This document shows positions 55,151 to 63,881 of a DNA stretch of 64,000 bases, one piece after another. Positions within the stretch are counted from its first letter, which is position 1; the number at the start of each line of letters is the position of its first letter. The position numbers were made by a program, and so were the translations under genes. The DNA is from an uncultured Bacteroidaceae bacterium (GTDB taxonomy: Bacteria > Bacillota > Clostridia > Christensenellales > CAG-917): positions 5,754 to 69,753 of the forward strand of contig CAZJZV010000001.1 of the NCBI GenBank assembly GCA_964550635.1. The letters run 5' to 3'. The notes under the pieces were generated by a model. That model searched no databases and was not told the origin of the DNA. It worked only from the letters and a program-made list of their open reading frames with translations.

Positions 55151-55300
55151 TAGCTGAGTATCATAAAAAGGGTGGTATTCATTTTCATATGCTTGTTGGT
55201 GGAGTTTCCGGAATTGAATTAGGATTTGTATATGCTAAATCTGTATATAGCAAATTTGCCGGTGGTGAGTTGCCTATATATAACGTTACTGCTTGGAAAT
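55151..55300 (+). repeat. Direct repeat copy 1 (150 nt)
   Basis: 149/150 identical to 55532-55681, with one T/G difference at 55155/55536 (synonymous GCT/GCG). The offset is 381 nt, which is in frame. Confidence 0.95.
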
Positions 55301-56055
55301 TCTATATTACTAACACGGCACATTATCTCTGCAACGCAGAGAGAAGCGCAAGAAGAGTTTATAACGTTATATGCGATTTGTTTGATTGTAATCAATTTAA
55401 TTATTTTATAACGCTAACTTTTTCTTCGGAAAAATCGGGGGATAGGTTGGACGATGATAATACTCGTGCGCTATTTGCAAAATGGCGCAAGTATATTCGA
55501 AGTAAATTTCCTAATATGAAATACATTAGTATAGCGGAGTATCATAAAAAGGGTGGTATTCATTTTCATATGCTTGTTGGTGGAGTTTCCGGAATTGAAT
55601 TAGGATTTGTATATGCTAAATCTGTATATAGCAAATTTGCCGGTGGTGAGTTGCCTATATATAACGTTACTGCTTGGAAATACGGTTTTTCTACTGCTTC
55701 TAAAATAGTGTCTAAAGAAGCTTGTCAATCTTATGTATTAAAATATGTTGTTAAAGGTGGGGTAGATCCTAGATTTTTCCGTAAACAGCGTTATACGTGT
55801 TCAACTAATCTTGTACGTCCGGAAACGATAAATTATAAAGAGGTGTGTAACTCATTTGACGTATATGATTTTGAAGAGAAGAATGATTACGAATTGTTGT
55901 TTGCAGATTTCAATCATGCTTTTTATAAGTTCAATGTACCTAATTTCAGGATAGGGAACACCAATCAAACTATGCGCAAAACACTTCTTTTACGAATAGA
56001 AAGGATTAAAAATGCCTGTCGGGGGCGGATAGTTCAATTTTTGACGATTTTCTAA
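55189..56055 (+). CDS. rep: HUH-superfamily rolling-circle replication initiator (two-tyrosine, phiX174 gpA/Microviridae-like motif III), 5' end rearranged
   Basis: Motif I is FITLTF (55405-55422). Motif II is HFHMLV (55561-55578), with a second partial copy in repeat 1. Motif III is YVLKYVVK (55732-55755). The frame is open from 55147. The first ATG lies inside repeat copy 1 and has no SD, so the gene may be a pseudogene. Confidence 0.7.
   Translation: MLVGGVSGIELGFVYAKSVYSKFAGGELPIYNVTAWKFYITNTAHYLCNAERSARRVYNVICDLFDCNQFNYFITLTFSSEKSGDRLDDDNTRALFAKWRKYIRSKFPNMKYISIAEYHKKGGIHFHMLVGGVSGIELGFVYAKSVYSKFAGGELPIYNVTAWKYGFSTASKIVSKEACQSYVLKYVVKGGVDPRFFRKQRYTCSTNLVRPETINYKEVCNSFDVYDFEEKNDYELLFADFNHAFYKFNVPNFRIGNTNQTMRKTLLLRIERIKNACRGRIVQFLTIF
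55532..55681 (+). repeat. Direct repeat copy 2 (150 nt), the native HUH-motif region of rep
   Basis: See copy 1. It encodes AEYHKKGGIHFHMLVGGVSGIELGFVYAKSVYSKFAGGELPIYNVTAWK. Confidence 0.95.
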
Positions 56056-56115
56056 AAATCTGTTTTGTTGTAAATTTGTTTTCAAAGTTATTTTCAAAAT
56101 TTGATTTTCAAGTTG

Positions 56116-56169
56116 GATTTTAGATTTGATTTTAATCTTGATAAATTTATTTAATCTGATTTTAGATTT
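56116..56169 (+). repeat. Two GATTTTAGATTT copies flanking a CTTGATA motif (candidate double-strand origin)
   Basis: GATTTTAGATTT occurs at 56116-56127 and 56158-56169, with a third ATTTTAGATTT at 56281-56291. CTTGATA at 56137-56143 equals the nick-site core shared by phiX174 and pC194-family origins. Confidence 0.35.
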
Positions 56170-56336
56170 CAAATTCATTTTGATTCAACTTGTCTGATTG
56201 ATTATTTTTGCCTTTCAATCAAACGATTATCTTGTCACTTTTCTCGCTAAACTTCATCTCTCGCTCGCTCTTTTGACTAAATTTTAGATTTCTGCCGATA
56301 TTACAATTCGTTTAACCATGCATTCGACCGCATAAA

Positions 56337-56450
56337 TCACTGCAACTTTTACCGCTTAAATTACTGCACGTTATACCGACAAATTTTCCGTCAATATTGA
56401 CAAAATATCACCGCCTAAATTTCTATCTAAATTTCTGCGGATTTTGCCTA
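56337..56450 (+). repeat. Iteron-like repeats ACCGC(N)TAAAT(N)ACTGCA
   Basis: ACCGCATAAATCACTGCA (56337) and ACCGCTTAAATTACTGCA (56361) are 24 nt apart. Degenerate copies lie at 56385 and 56420. Confidence 0.5.
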
Positions 56451-56555
56451 TATAATAACCGTCAATGATCCAATTAAATCACCAATTTTGATGGTATTTC
56501 ATTGTTGATTTCCGTCAAAAGCAAGTGATTTTAATTGCAATTTTTTGATTGAAAA

Positions 56556-56592
56556 AGCCGTATTTTGAGCAGTTTTTGGTCAAAATACGGCT
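56556..56592 (-). terminator. Rho-independent terminator downstream of the ynbB-like gene
   Basis: 11-bp stem AGCCGTATTTT/AAAATACGGCT, followed on the minus strand by TTTTTCAATC. Confidence 0.7.
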
Positions 56593-56631
56593 AAATTGCG
56601 ATGAAAATCAATATTTTCTTGAGATTTTAGG

Positions 56632-57879
56632 CTATTTTATGGTTTTTATCAACGTATGTTCAAGTGCGATAACTGCGTGTTCATAGGTCAATGCGCCTTG
56701 AATATATGCAATATACGGTGCTTTTATCGGCGAATCGGCAGATAATTCGATTGATGCGCCTTGCACAAATGCGCCTGCCGCCATAATAACTTGGTCTTGA
56801 TAACCGGGCATATCCCACGGTTCAGGCACAACGTTGCTATCAATCGGCGAAACTTCTTGAATTGCACGGCAAAAATCAATCAATTTTTCGGGAGAATTGA
56901 GTTTCAGACTGCAAATTATGTCGTATGGCGGAGTTTTGTCGTCGGGAAGAGTTTCAAAACCGAGTTTTGAGTATGCTTTTGAGAACAAAACGGCACTTTT
57001 CAGTGCGGATTTTACTACGGACGGAGCGATGAAAAGCCCTTCAAAAAACGGCAAATACCCGGACAATGACGAACCTTCTTCCATGCCAAGCGACGGTGCG
57101 GTCAGTCTATATGCGCATTGATCGACTAGATCTGCTTTTCCTGCGACGTAACCGCCCGTAGGCGCAAGTCCACCGCCTAAATTTTTGATGAGAGAACCTG
57201 CAACGAGATCCGCACCGACTTGCAAAGGTTCGATTTTTTCAACAAATTCACCGTAGCAATTATCGACCAAAATCAAGGTTTCGGGACTGATTTTCTTGAC
57301 GAAAGCGGTGAGTTCCGCGATTTGTTCAACGCTTATTGCACTGCGCCAAGCATAACCGCGACTTCTTGCGACGAAAACCGCTTTAATCCTTGTGTTTAGT
57401 AGGAATTTTTCAATTTTCTCATAGTCGAATACGGGATTGTTATCGACGGTTTTCAGGTCGATATGGTCGAATTTCACACCGAAATCCGCAAGCGAGCCTT
57501 TATTTTTTCCACTGATGACGTCCGTCAAAGTATCATATGGCATTCCCGACACCGAAAGCAACGTATCGTTTGGGCGAAGTACACCGAAAAGCATCAAGGT
57601 CAGTGCGTGTGTACCTGATACGATATGCGGTGAAAACAGTGCTTTTTCTCCGCCGAGAATTTCCGCAAAGAGTGCGCAAAGCGCGTCGCGACCTATATCG
57701 TCGTAGCCGTAACCCGTAGTGCCTGCAAGGTGACGAGCCTGTATGCCGTATTTTGCAAAAGCATCTAGCACCTTTTTTTGATTGAAAAGAGCAATATCGT
57801 CCAGTCTATCAAATTCCGCACAAAGTTCTTTTTCGCATTCTTTGACAAATTGTCTTGCGGTTTCTTCATTGAAATTCAT
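56632..57879 (-). CDS. PLP-dependent Cys/Met-metabolism family protein (YnbB / aluminium-resistance-protein family)
   Basis: 415 aa. Contains ...TTGYGYDDIGRD.L..L.A...G.E.ALF.P.IVSGTHAL.... Its position downstream of mutS-mutL-miaA matches many Firmicutes. Confidence 0.82.
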   Translation of the reverse strand: MNFNEETARQFVKECEKELCAEFDRLDDIALFNQKKVLDAFAKYGIQARHLAGTTGYGYDDIGRDALCALFAEILGGEKALFSPHIVSGTHALTLMLFGVLRPNDTLLSVSGMPYDTLTDVISGKNKGSLADFGVKFDHIDLKTVDNNPVFDYEKIEKFLLNTRIKAVFVARSRGYAWRSAISVEQIAELTAFVKKISPETLILVDNCYGEFVEKIEPLQVGADLVAGSLIKNLGGGLAPTGGYVAGKADLVDQCAYRLTAPSLGMEEGSSLSGYLPFFEGLFIAPSVVKSALKSAVLFSKAYSKLGFETLPDDKTPPYDIICSLKLNSPEKLIDFCRAIQEVSPIDSNVVPEPWDMPGYQDQVIMAAGAFVQGASIELSADSPIKAPYIAYIQGALTYEHAVIALEHTLIKTIK

Positions 57880-58050
57880 TTTTGTATCTCCGTTTGTATG
57901 TTTTATTCTAAAAAACCGACTTTTTTAGAATAGTTTTGCATTATAATTAGTGATTTTTTATCATATTAGTTCGTTTTTAAGTTGTAATTAGGTTTTGACG
58001 CATTCCGACGTGGCTAACTCTAATTCCAACACGGCGCACTAGCAAGTGGC

Positions 58051-58974
58051 TCATTCGGACAGTTTCGACTTCACAAAATCCAATGCGCCGTCAAAATCTC
58101 CGCATTCAAACCACCGCACAAAGTCGTATCTTCTGAACCATGTTAGTTGTCTTTTTGCGTAATTTCGTGTGTTTTTCTTGATTTTTTCCTTGATTTCGTC
58201 GATTTCTGATTGAGTCAGAACGAATTTTCCGTCGATTTTCTGCGGTGCGTAGTCCTTAAACTCCTTATATCCAATTGCTTTCATGCTTTGACAATCGAAT
58301 TTTCCGACCGAATATACTTCGTCAACAAGTCCCATATCGAACATTTCGTCCACTCGGCGATTGATTTTTTCATACAAGACCGCTCTATCCGTGTTAAATC
58401 CGATTGCAATCACGTTCGGTTTTTCGACCACGTCAACGATCTCGGATTTAGTTTTTTCGCCCGACAATGCTATTTCAAGCGCGCGAATAACTCGTTTCGT
58501 ATCGTTCACGTGAAGTTTTTTGGCGGTTTCAAAATCAATCTCTTCAAGTTTTTTGTGAATATACTCTGCGCCGTTTTCGTCAAGTTCCTTTTCAAGTTTC
58601 TTTCTTAGTTCGTCGTTTTTGCCGATTTTACCAAAACTCAACGGATAAAACAAAGATTCAAAATATAATCCCGTACCGCCGACGACTATCGGAAGTTTGC
58701 CGTTTTCTAGTGCGATTGCAATCTCTTTTTTCGCACTCTCGGCAAATTCCGCAACCGAGTATTCCGCATCACTCGGCAAAAAATCGATGAGTTTGTAGTC
58801 GATTTCCTGTCTGCGCTCAACGCTTTCTTTTGCCGTACCAACGTCAAGTCCGCGATAAATTTGCATACTGTCTGCAGAAATTACGACGCTATCCACGCTT
58901 TTTGCAAGCCTGTATGCAAATTCAGATTTTCCCGATGCGGTCGGTCCTAATATGTATATTGGTTGAAGATTCAT
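58051..58974 (-). CDS. miaA: tRNA dimethylallyltransferase
   Basis: MNLQPIYILGPTASGKS (P-loop near the N-terminus), YRGLDVGTAK and QLTWFRR. The ORF-track GTG at 59031 adds 19 atypical residues. Confidence 0.92.
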   Translation of the reverse strand: MNLQPIYILGPTASGKSEFAYRLAKSVDSVVISADSMQIYRGLDVGTAKESVERRQEIDYKLIDFLPSDAEYSVAEFAESAKKEIAIALENGKLPIVVGGTGLYFESLFYPLSFGKIGKNDELRKKLEKELDENGAEYIHKKLEEIDFETAKKLHVNDTKRVIRALEIALSGEKTKSEIVDVVEKPNVIAIGFNTDRAVLYEKINRRVDEMFDMGLVDEVYSVGKFDCQSMKAIGYKEFKDYAPQKIDGKFVLTQSEIDEIKEKIKKNTRNYAKRQLTWFRRYDFVRWFECGDFDGALDFVKSKLSE

Positions 58975-59305
58975 TTTGAGTGCGATTCCTTGATTTGTTT
59001 TCGTTGCGAAAAACTTTCGTTTCCGCCACACGAGATTTTTGGTGCTACGCTTTTTACTTGCGCGCGGTTATATTATTGTTCGCAATATGGTTATAAAATG
59101 CCTTATTATATATTATCTTATTATATATTGCATATATTTACCTTATATAATAGGTTGCATTTTTAACGCATCGTCATATTGCCAATCGTCTTTACGTTAT
59201 TTTCCATGCAAGTTATTTTTGCTTTCAAGTTGTGTCATTCGCAAATTGTAGCAAAATTTGCACTATATTTCACGACGTGCCGACAATATTTACCAACCGA
59301 GTAGA

Positions 59306-61246
59306 TCAAACAATTCGCTTGAACATTTTCTCGACGTCTTTTTTCGTGAATGCGACGATCGCAGGTCTTCCGTGCGGACATTTGTCGGGAAGTTTGCCGT
59401 TTTCGTCCATAAGTCCAACGATAAGTTCGCCTATTTGTTCGCGACTGAGCGCATCTCCGCCCTTGATTGCCGCCTTGCACGCTTGTTGACAAACGTTGTT
59501 TTTGACAATATCGAGCAAAGTTAACTCTTGTTCGGACAACATATTTTTGAAAAGTCCGTTCAAGAAGGCGTTCAAATCCATTTTTGCAACAGGCTCAGGC
59601 ACCGCATAGATGAAATAACTGCCGTATTTTTCTTCAACTTGGAATCCCATTTCGTTGAGATTCGGGATGATTTTATCCAAATATTCGCTTTCTTCTTCGG
59701 TCAGTCTGAATCTGAACGGAATAAGCAGTTGTTGGACAAATTCAGGTTTCAATCTATTTGCGATTTTCTCATACAAAACGCGTTCATGCGCAGCGTGTTG
59801 GTCGATGATATAGACAAAACCGTCACGTTCGACGACGATATACGTATCGAAAATTTGTCCGACGATTTTTCCGTCGAACTTGCCTTGAGTGAGCAAACTA
59901 TTCGCAAAATCTCCATTATCGAACATTGATTGTTCAGTATATTCTGCGGTTTTTTCGGTTGAATTTTCCGCATTTTCGACTGAATTATCCGCCGAAACAC
60001 CGTAAAAATCACTTGAACTATCTTGAGATGAATACAATTCGTCGCTAGGCTCGGTTTTTATGGTTTTGTACGCGCCGATTTGACTTTCTGATACGATGCG
60101 AGAGCCTGCGTTTTTGATTGACGACAAATTCAGTCCGCCGTAATCAACTCTCGGCCTATATCCAAAGTCGGTTGCAGGATGATTTTCGGCATAAAGCGCG
60201 GTGAAATCATCGGGAATATCCACTTTTTTGTCCGCTTTTTCGGCAAAAGATACGTCAATACCTAGTTTGTCGAGAGTTTCTCCGATTGCATGGTAAATCG
60301 CGCTAAACGCAAAGTTTTTGTTGCGGAATCTGACTTCCGATTTGCGCGGATGAACGTTTATATCCACTTCGTCAAACGGCATGAGAATTTCCAAAATCGC
60401 CACCGGATAATTGTGCTTGACGAGTCTTCCTTCATAGGCTTTGTCGATTGCGAGAGAAATATCTTTGTTCTCTACCGCGCGCCCGTTTACGATATAAGTT
60501 TGCCACGTGCGAGTGGGTTTTGTGAAATCTGTTGGAGAAATATACCCTTTGACTTGCACGCCCGTTTGAGCATAGTCGACTTTGACGAGTTTATCTGCGG
60601 TTTCGATTCCGTAGACGGAAATAATCGCATCGAGAAGACTTCCGCCTTCGTGGGAAACGAGAGTTTCGTCCCCGCTAAAAAGTGAAATGGACACTTCGGG
60701 ATTTGTAAGTATGAGTTTTTGCACGGTCGAAACGACCGCTTTTTGCTCTGCCGCCGCGGTTTTCATAAATTTCAAACGCGCGGGCGTATTGAAAAATAGA
60801 TTATCGACTGAAATAAGAGTGCCTACCGACCTGCTATCTTCCCTTTCTTCCACGACTTTTCCGCCCGAAAGCGATATTCTATTGGCACTTTCCGAGTTTT
60901 TCGCGCGGGAAATTAGGGTGACTTCGGACACAGACGCGATGCTTGCAAGCGCTTCTCCCCTGAACCCTAACGACGACAAAGTGTCAAGATCGGCTATTCT
61001 TGAAAGTTTGCTCGTTGCGTGGGGCAAAAATGCGGTACGCATATCCGCCTTTTCGATGCCTATGCCGTCGTCGCTGATTTGAATGCGTTTGAGTCCGCCT
61101 TCTTCGACGTCGATATCAATAGAGGTTGCCCCTGCGTCGATAGAGTTTTCGACGAGTTCTTTCACGACGGATGCCGGTCTTTCGACGACTTCCCCTGCAG
61201 AAATCATATTGAATACGCTTGGATCGAGAACGTTAATTTTAGGCAT
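59306..61246 (-). CDS. mutL: DNA mismatch repair protein MutL
   Basis: 646 aa. GHKL ATPase N-terminus (ISAGEVVERPASVVKELVENSIDAG, DDGIGI) and C-terminal QHAAHERV, CPHGRP. Confidence 0.95.
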   Translation of the reverse strand: MPKINVLDPSVFNMISAGEVVERPASVVKELVENSIDAGATSIDIDVEEGGLKRIQISDDGIGIEKADMRTAFLPHATSKLSRIADLDTLSSLGFRGEALASIASVSEVTLISRAKNSESANRISLSGGKVVEEREDSRSVGTLISVDNLFFNTPARLKFMKTAAAEQKAVVSTVQKLILTNPEVSISLFSGDETLVSHEGGSLLDAIISVYGIETADKLVKVDYAQTGVQVKGYISPTDFTKPTRTWQTYIVNGRAVENKDISLAIDKAYEGRLVKHNYPVAILEILMPFDEVDINVHPRKSEVRFRNKNFAFSAIYHAIGETLDKLGIDVSFAEKADKKVDIPDDFTALYAENHPATDFGYRPRVDYGGLNLSSIKNAGSRIVSESQIGAYKTIKTEPSDELYSSQDSSSDFYGVSADNSVENAENSTEKTAEYTEQSMFDNGDFANSLLTQGKFDGKIVGQIFDTYIVVERDGFVYIIDQHAAHERVLYEKIANRLKPEFVQQLLIPFRFRLTEEESEYLDKIIPNLNEMGFQVEEKYGSYFIYAVPEPVAKMDLNAFLNGLFKNMLSEQELTLLDIVKNNVCQQACKAAIKGGDALSREQIGELIVGLMDENGKLPDKCPHGRPAIVAFTKKDVEKMFKRIV

Positions 61247-61247
61247 A

Positions 61248-63881
61248 CTACTCCTCCAACTTTTTCTTCATATCGGACAATATGGTAAGCGCTTGCAACG
61301 GAGTCAGTTGATCGACGTTGAGAGCACGGATTTCTTCTTCGATCTCGCTCTTTTGGACGTCGAACAAACTCACCTGTGCGGTTTTCGTAGATTTTGCGGA
61401 CGAGAGCAAAACTTCGTTTGTATCTCTGTTTTTGGACTCTTCTTCAAGGCTTGCCATAATACGTTTTGCGTGTTCTACGACGGGTTTTATGACACCCGCA
61501 AGTGATGCAACTTCGATACCGAAACTTCTCGACGCACCGCCTCTTGCGATTTTGTGCAAGAAAATTATCGTATCGTCTTTCTCACTGACTAGTACGCGAT
61601 AATTCTTCACGCCGTCAAGGTCTTCAAGTTCGGTAAGTTCGTGGAAATGCGTCGCAAACAAGGTCTTCGCTTTGACGTTTTTGGTGATGTATTCAAGCAC
61701 CGCCCACGCAATACTGAGTCCGTCGAAAGTGGACGTACCCCTACCGATTTCATCGAGCACGAGAAGGCTTGAAGATGTTGCATAGTTCAAAATCGTGGCA
61801 ACTTCTATCATCTCTACCATGAACGTACTCTGCCCGCCCGACAAGTCGTCGCTTGCACCGATACGAGTGAAAATTCTATCCGTCAAAGAGATTTCCGCTT
61901 CGCTTGCAGGCACGAAACAACCGATATGCGCCATAAGCGTAATAAGTGCTACCTGTCGCATATACGTGCTTTTTCCCGCCATATTCGGTCCGGTGATGAC
62001 CATAGTACGATTTTCGTCGCAGTCAAGAAGAGTATCGTTCGGCACGTACGCACCCCTATCAATCAAATTCTCGACAACCGGATGTCTACCTCCGACGATT
62101 TTGATGCGGTTGACTTTTTTGTTGATGGTCGGTTTTACGTACTTCCCTGCCGCAGAAACGACCGCGAATGACAAAAGCGCATCGAGAGATGCAAGCGCAC
62201 GTGCGGTAGATTGCAATTCGCCGAGAACGCTCAAAAGCATTTGTTTGAGTTCACTGAAAATTCTCTCTTCGAGTTGCGTTGCACCGCTTTCGGCGGAAAG
62301 CACCTTATCTTCGATTTGTTTAAGCTCTGCGGTGATATATCTTTCGCCACCGACGAGAGTTTGTTTTCTTTCGTAGCGATAAGGCACCTTGTCAACGAAG
62401 GATTTCGACACTTCGATATAGTAGCCGAACACCTTATTAAACCCGATTTTCAAGGTTTTTATGCCTGTTTCTTCCTTTTCTCTCGCTTCGAGATTGGAAA
62501 TCCACTCTTTTGCGGTTGCGTTGATATTTCTCAAACCGTCTAGAGTTTGGTCGTAGCCTTTCTTTATGTAACCGCCGTTTCTGTACGACACGACTTTTTC
62601 GCGGTCGAGAGCGGAATTTAGCACTGCGCAAACTTCTTTGAGCGGATATAACGATTTATTGATATTCTTGATGAGAGTCGAGTCGAGATTCTTCAACTCC
62701 TCCTTTATCCCCGGCAAAACGGTGAGCGTATCCGCAACGGAGAGTAGGTCTTTAGGAGTTGCGTTGCCGTAGGCAAGACGAGCGGAAAGTCTTTCAAGGT
62801 CTTTCGCATCCGCAAGAAGTGCGGATAAACGCTCTCTCGATTGACGAGAATTGACCATACTTTCCACCGCATCGAGACGAAGATTGATTTTGTCAAGATC
62901 CTGCAAAGGTTGCTCGATGAAACGACGTATCATTCTTGCGCCCATAGCGGTTTTCGTGCGGTCAAGTACGTAAAGCAAAGAGCCTTGACGTTTTCCGTCG
63001 CGAGCGCGTGAAGTGAGTTCGAGATTTCTTCTCGTCGCGCCGTCAAGCACCATGAAAGATTTATCGCGGATAAAGGTCAAAGTGTCCATTTGTGCAAGTG
63101 CGCGTTTCTGGGTTTGTTCGAGATATTCGTAAAGTCCACCGCCCGCGGCAACCGCTCTTTCTTTGCCGTCGCACTCAAACGATGCAAGGGTATTCACACC
63201 AAGAGCGTTGCAAAGTTTCTTGTACGCGCTATTGTACGCATACGCGAACTCGTGATAGCATTTAGGGCGTTTTTCGGTGGACAAAAAATAGTTTATGCGG
63301 TTATATCTCGTCGTGAAATCTTCGTTAGACACGATTTCTGACGGTTGTATAGTGGAGAGCAAATCGCCGATTTTGCTTTCAAAATTCTCCCCTTCGCCTT
63401 CAAATAGGTTAAATTCTCCCGTGCTTATATCCGCCCAAGCAAGTCCAAAACCGTTTTTATCCGTGTAGACGGACGCAAGATAGTTCGATGACTTTTCGTC
63501 AAGGATTTCTTCTTCCATGACGGTGCCGGGAGTCACTACTCTGACGACGTCGCGATCGAGCATACCTTTGGTCGTAGACGGATCGTTGAGTTGCTCGCAT
63601 ATAGCGACTCTATACCCTGCTTCGATAAGTTTGCGGATATAGGTATCGACTGCGTGATAAGGCACACCACACATAGGCGCGCGGTCTTCGAGTCCGCAAT
63701 TTCTACCCGTCAGAGTCAGGTCAAGGACTCTGGATGCAGTAACTGCGTCTTCAAAGAACATCTCGTAGAAGTCGCCGAGTCTGAAGAATAACAGACAGTC
63801 GGGGTATTCTTCTTTGATGACGAGATACCTTTGCATCATGGGAGAGAGTTTGTTTTTGTCTTTATCTGAAAGTGATTTCAT
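61248..63881 (-). CDS. mutS: DNA mismatch repair protein MutS
   Basis: 877 aa. N-terminal TPMMQRY-like SPMMQRY...GDFYEMF, Walker A GPNMAGKST, DEIGRGTST and FATHFHEL. Confidence 0.96.
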   Translation of the reverse strand: MKSLSDKDKNKLSPMMQRYLVIKEEYPDCLLFFRLGDFYEMFFEDAVTASRVLDLTLTGRNCGLEDRAPMCGVPYHAVDTYIRKLIEAGYRVAICEQLNDPSTTKGMLDRDVVRVVTPGTVMEEEILDEKSSNYLASVYTDKNGFGLAWADISTGEFNLFEGEGENFESKIGDLLSTIQPSEIVSNEDFTTRYNRINYFLSTEKRPKCYHEFAYAYNSAYKKLCNALGVNTLASFECDGKERAVAAGGGLYEYLEQTQKRALAQMDTLTFIRDKSFMVLDGATRRNLELTSRARDGKRQGSLLYVLDRTKTAMGARMIRRFIEQPLQDLDKINLRLDAVESMVNSRQSRERLSALLADAKDLERLSARLAYGNATPKDLLSVADTLTVLPGIKEELKNLDSTLIKNINKSLYPLKEVCAVLNSALDREKVVSYRNGGYIKKGYDQTLDGLRNINATAKEWISNLEAREKEETGIKTLKIGFNKVFGYYIEVSKSFVDKVPYRYERKQTLVGGERYITAELKQIEDKVLSAESGATQLEERIFSELKQMLLSVLGELQSTARALASLDALLSFAVVSAAGKYVKPTINKKVNRIKIVGGRHPVVENLIDRGAYVPNDTLLDCDENRTMVITGPNMAGKSTYMRQVALITLMAHIGCFVPASEAEISLTDRIFTRIGASDDLSGGQSTFMVEMIEVATILNYATSSSLLVLDEIGRGTSTFDGLSIAWAVLEYITKNVKAKTLFATHFHELTELEDLDGVKNYRVLVSEKDDTIIFLHKIARGGASRSFGIEVASLAGVIKPVVEHAKRIMASLEEESKNRDTNEVLLSSAKSTKTAQVSLFDVQKSEIEEEIRALNVDQLTPLQALTILSDMKKKLEE

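Larger units (their letters stand above)
54841..56450 (+). mobile_element. Remnant of a small rolling-circle (HUH Rep) plasmid or ssDNA-phage-like element; boundaries uncertain
   Basis: AT-rich and ORF-poor. It contains a TA-like module, a two-Tyr Rep gene and iteron-like repeats with CTTGATA. It sits between two conserved housekeeping blocks. I saw no integrase/transposase and no flanking att repeats. Confidence 0.4.

Noticed and set aside
55151-55681. Possibility that the 150-bp repeat pair is a DGR template/variable repeat pair.
   Set aside because: There is only one substitution, and it is not an adenine-specific pattern of many changes. There is no reverse transcriptase or accessory gene nearby, and both copies are in the same ORF.
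55990-56178. 62-aa minus-strand ORF overlapping the rep 3' end and the iteron region; also 55226..55411 (+).
   Set aside because: These are low-complexity K/I/N/L-rich translations of AT-rich repeat DNA, with no SD.
54314-56631. dif (XerC/D) site that would make the Rep island an IMEX-type integrated element. I also examined TTATGTGATT motifs at 27-37 and 77-87.
   Set aside because: No 28-nt candidate had both an 11-nt XerD-like arm (TTATGTnAAnT) and a complementary XerC arm around a 6-nt spacer. The best matches were 7-8 of 11 on one arm only.
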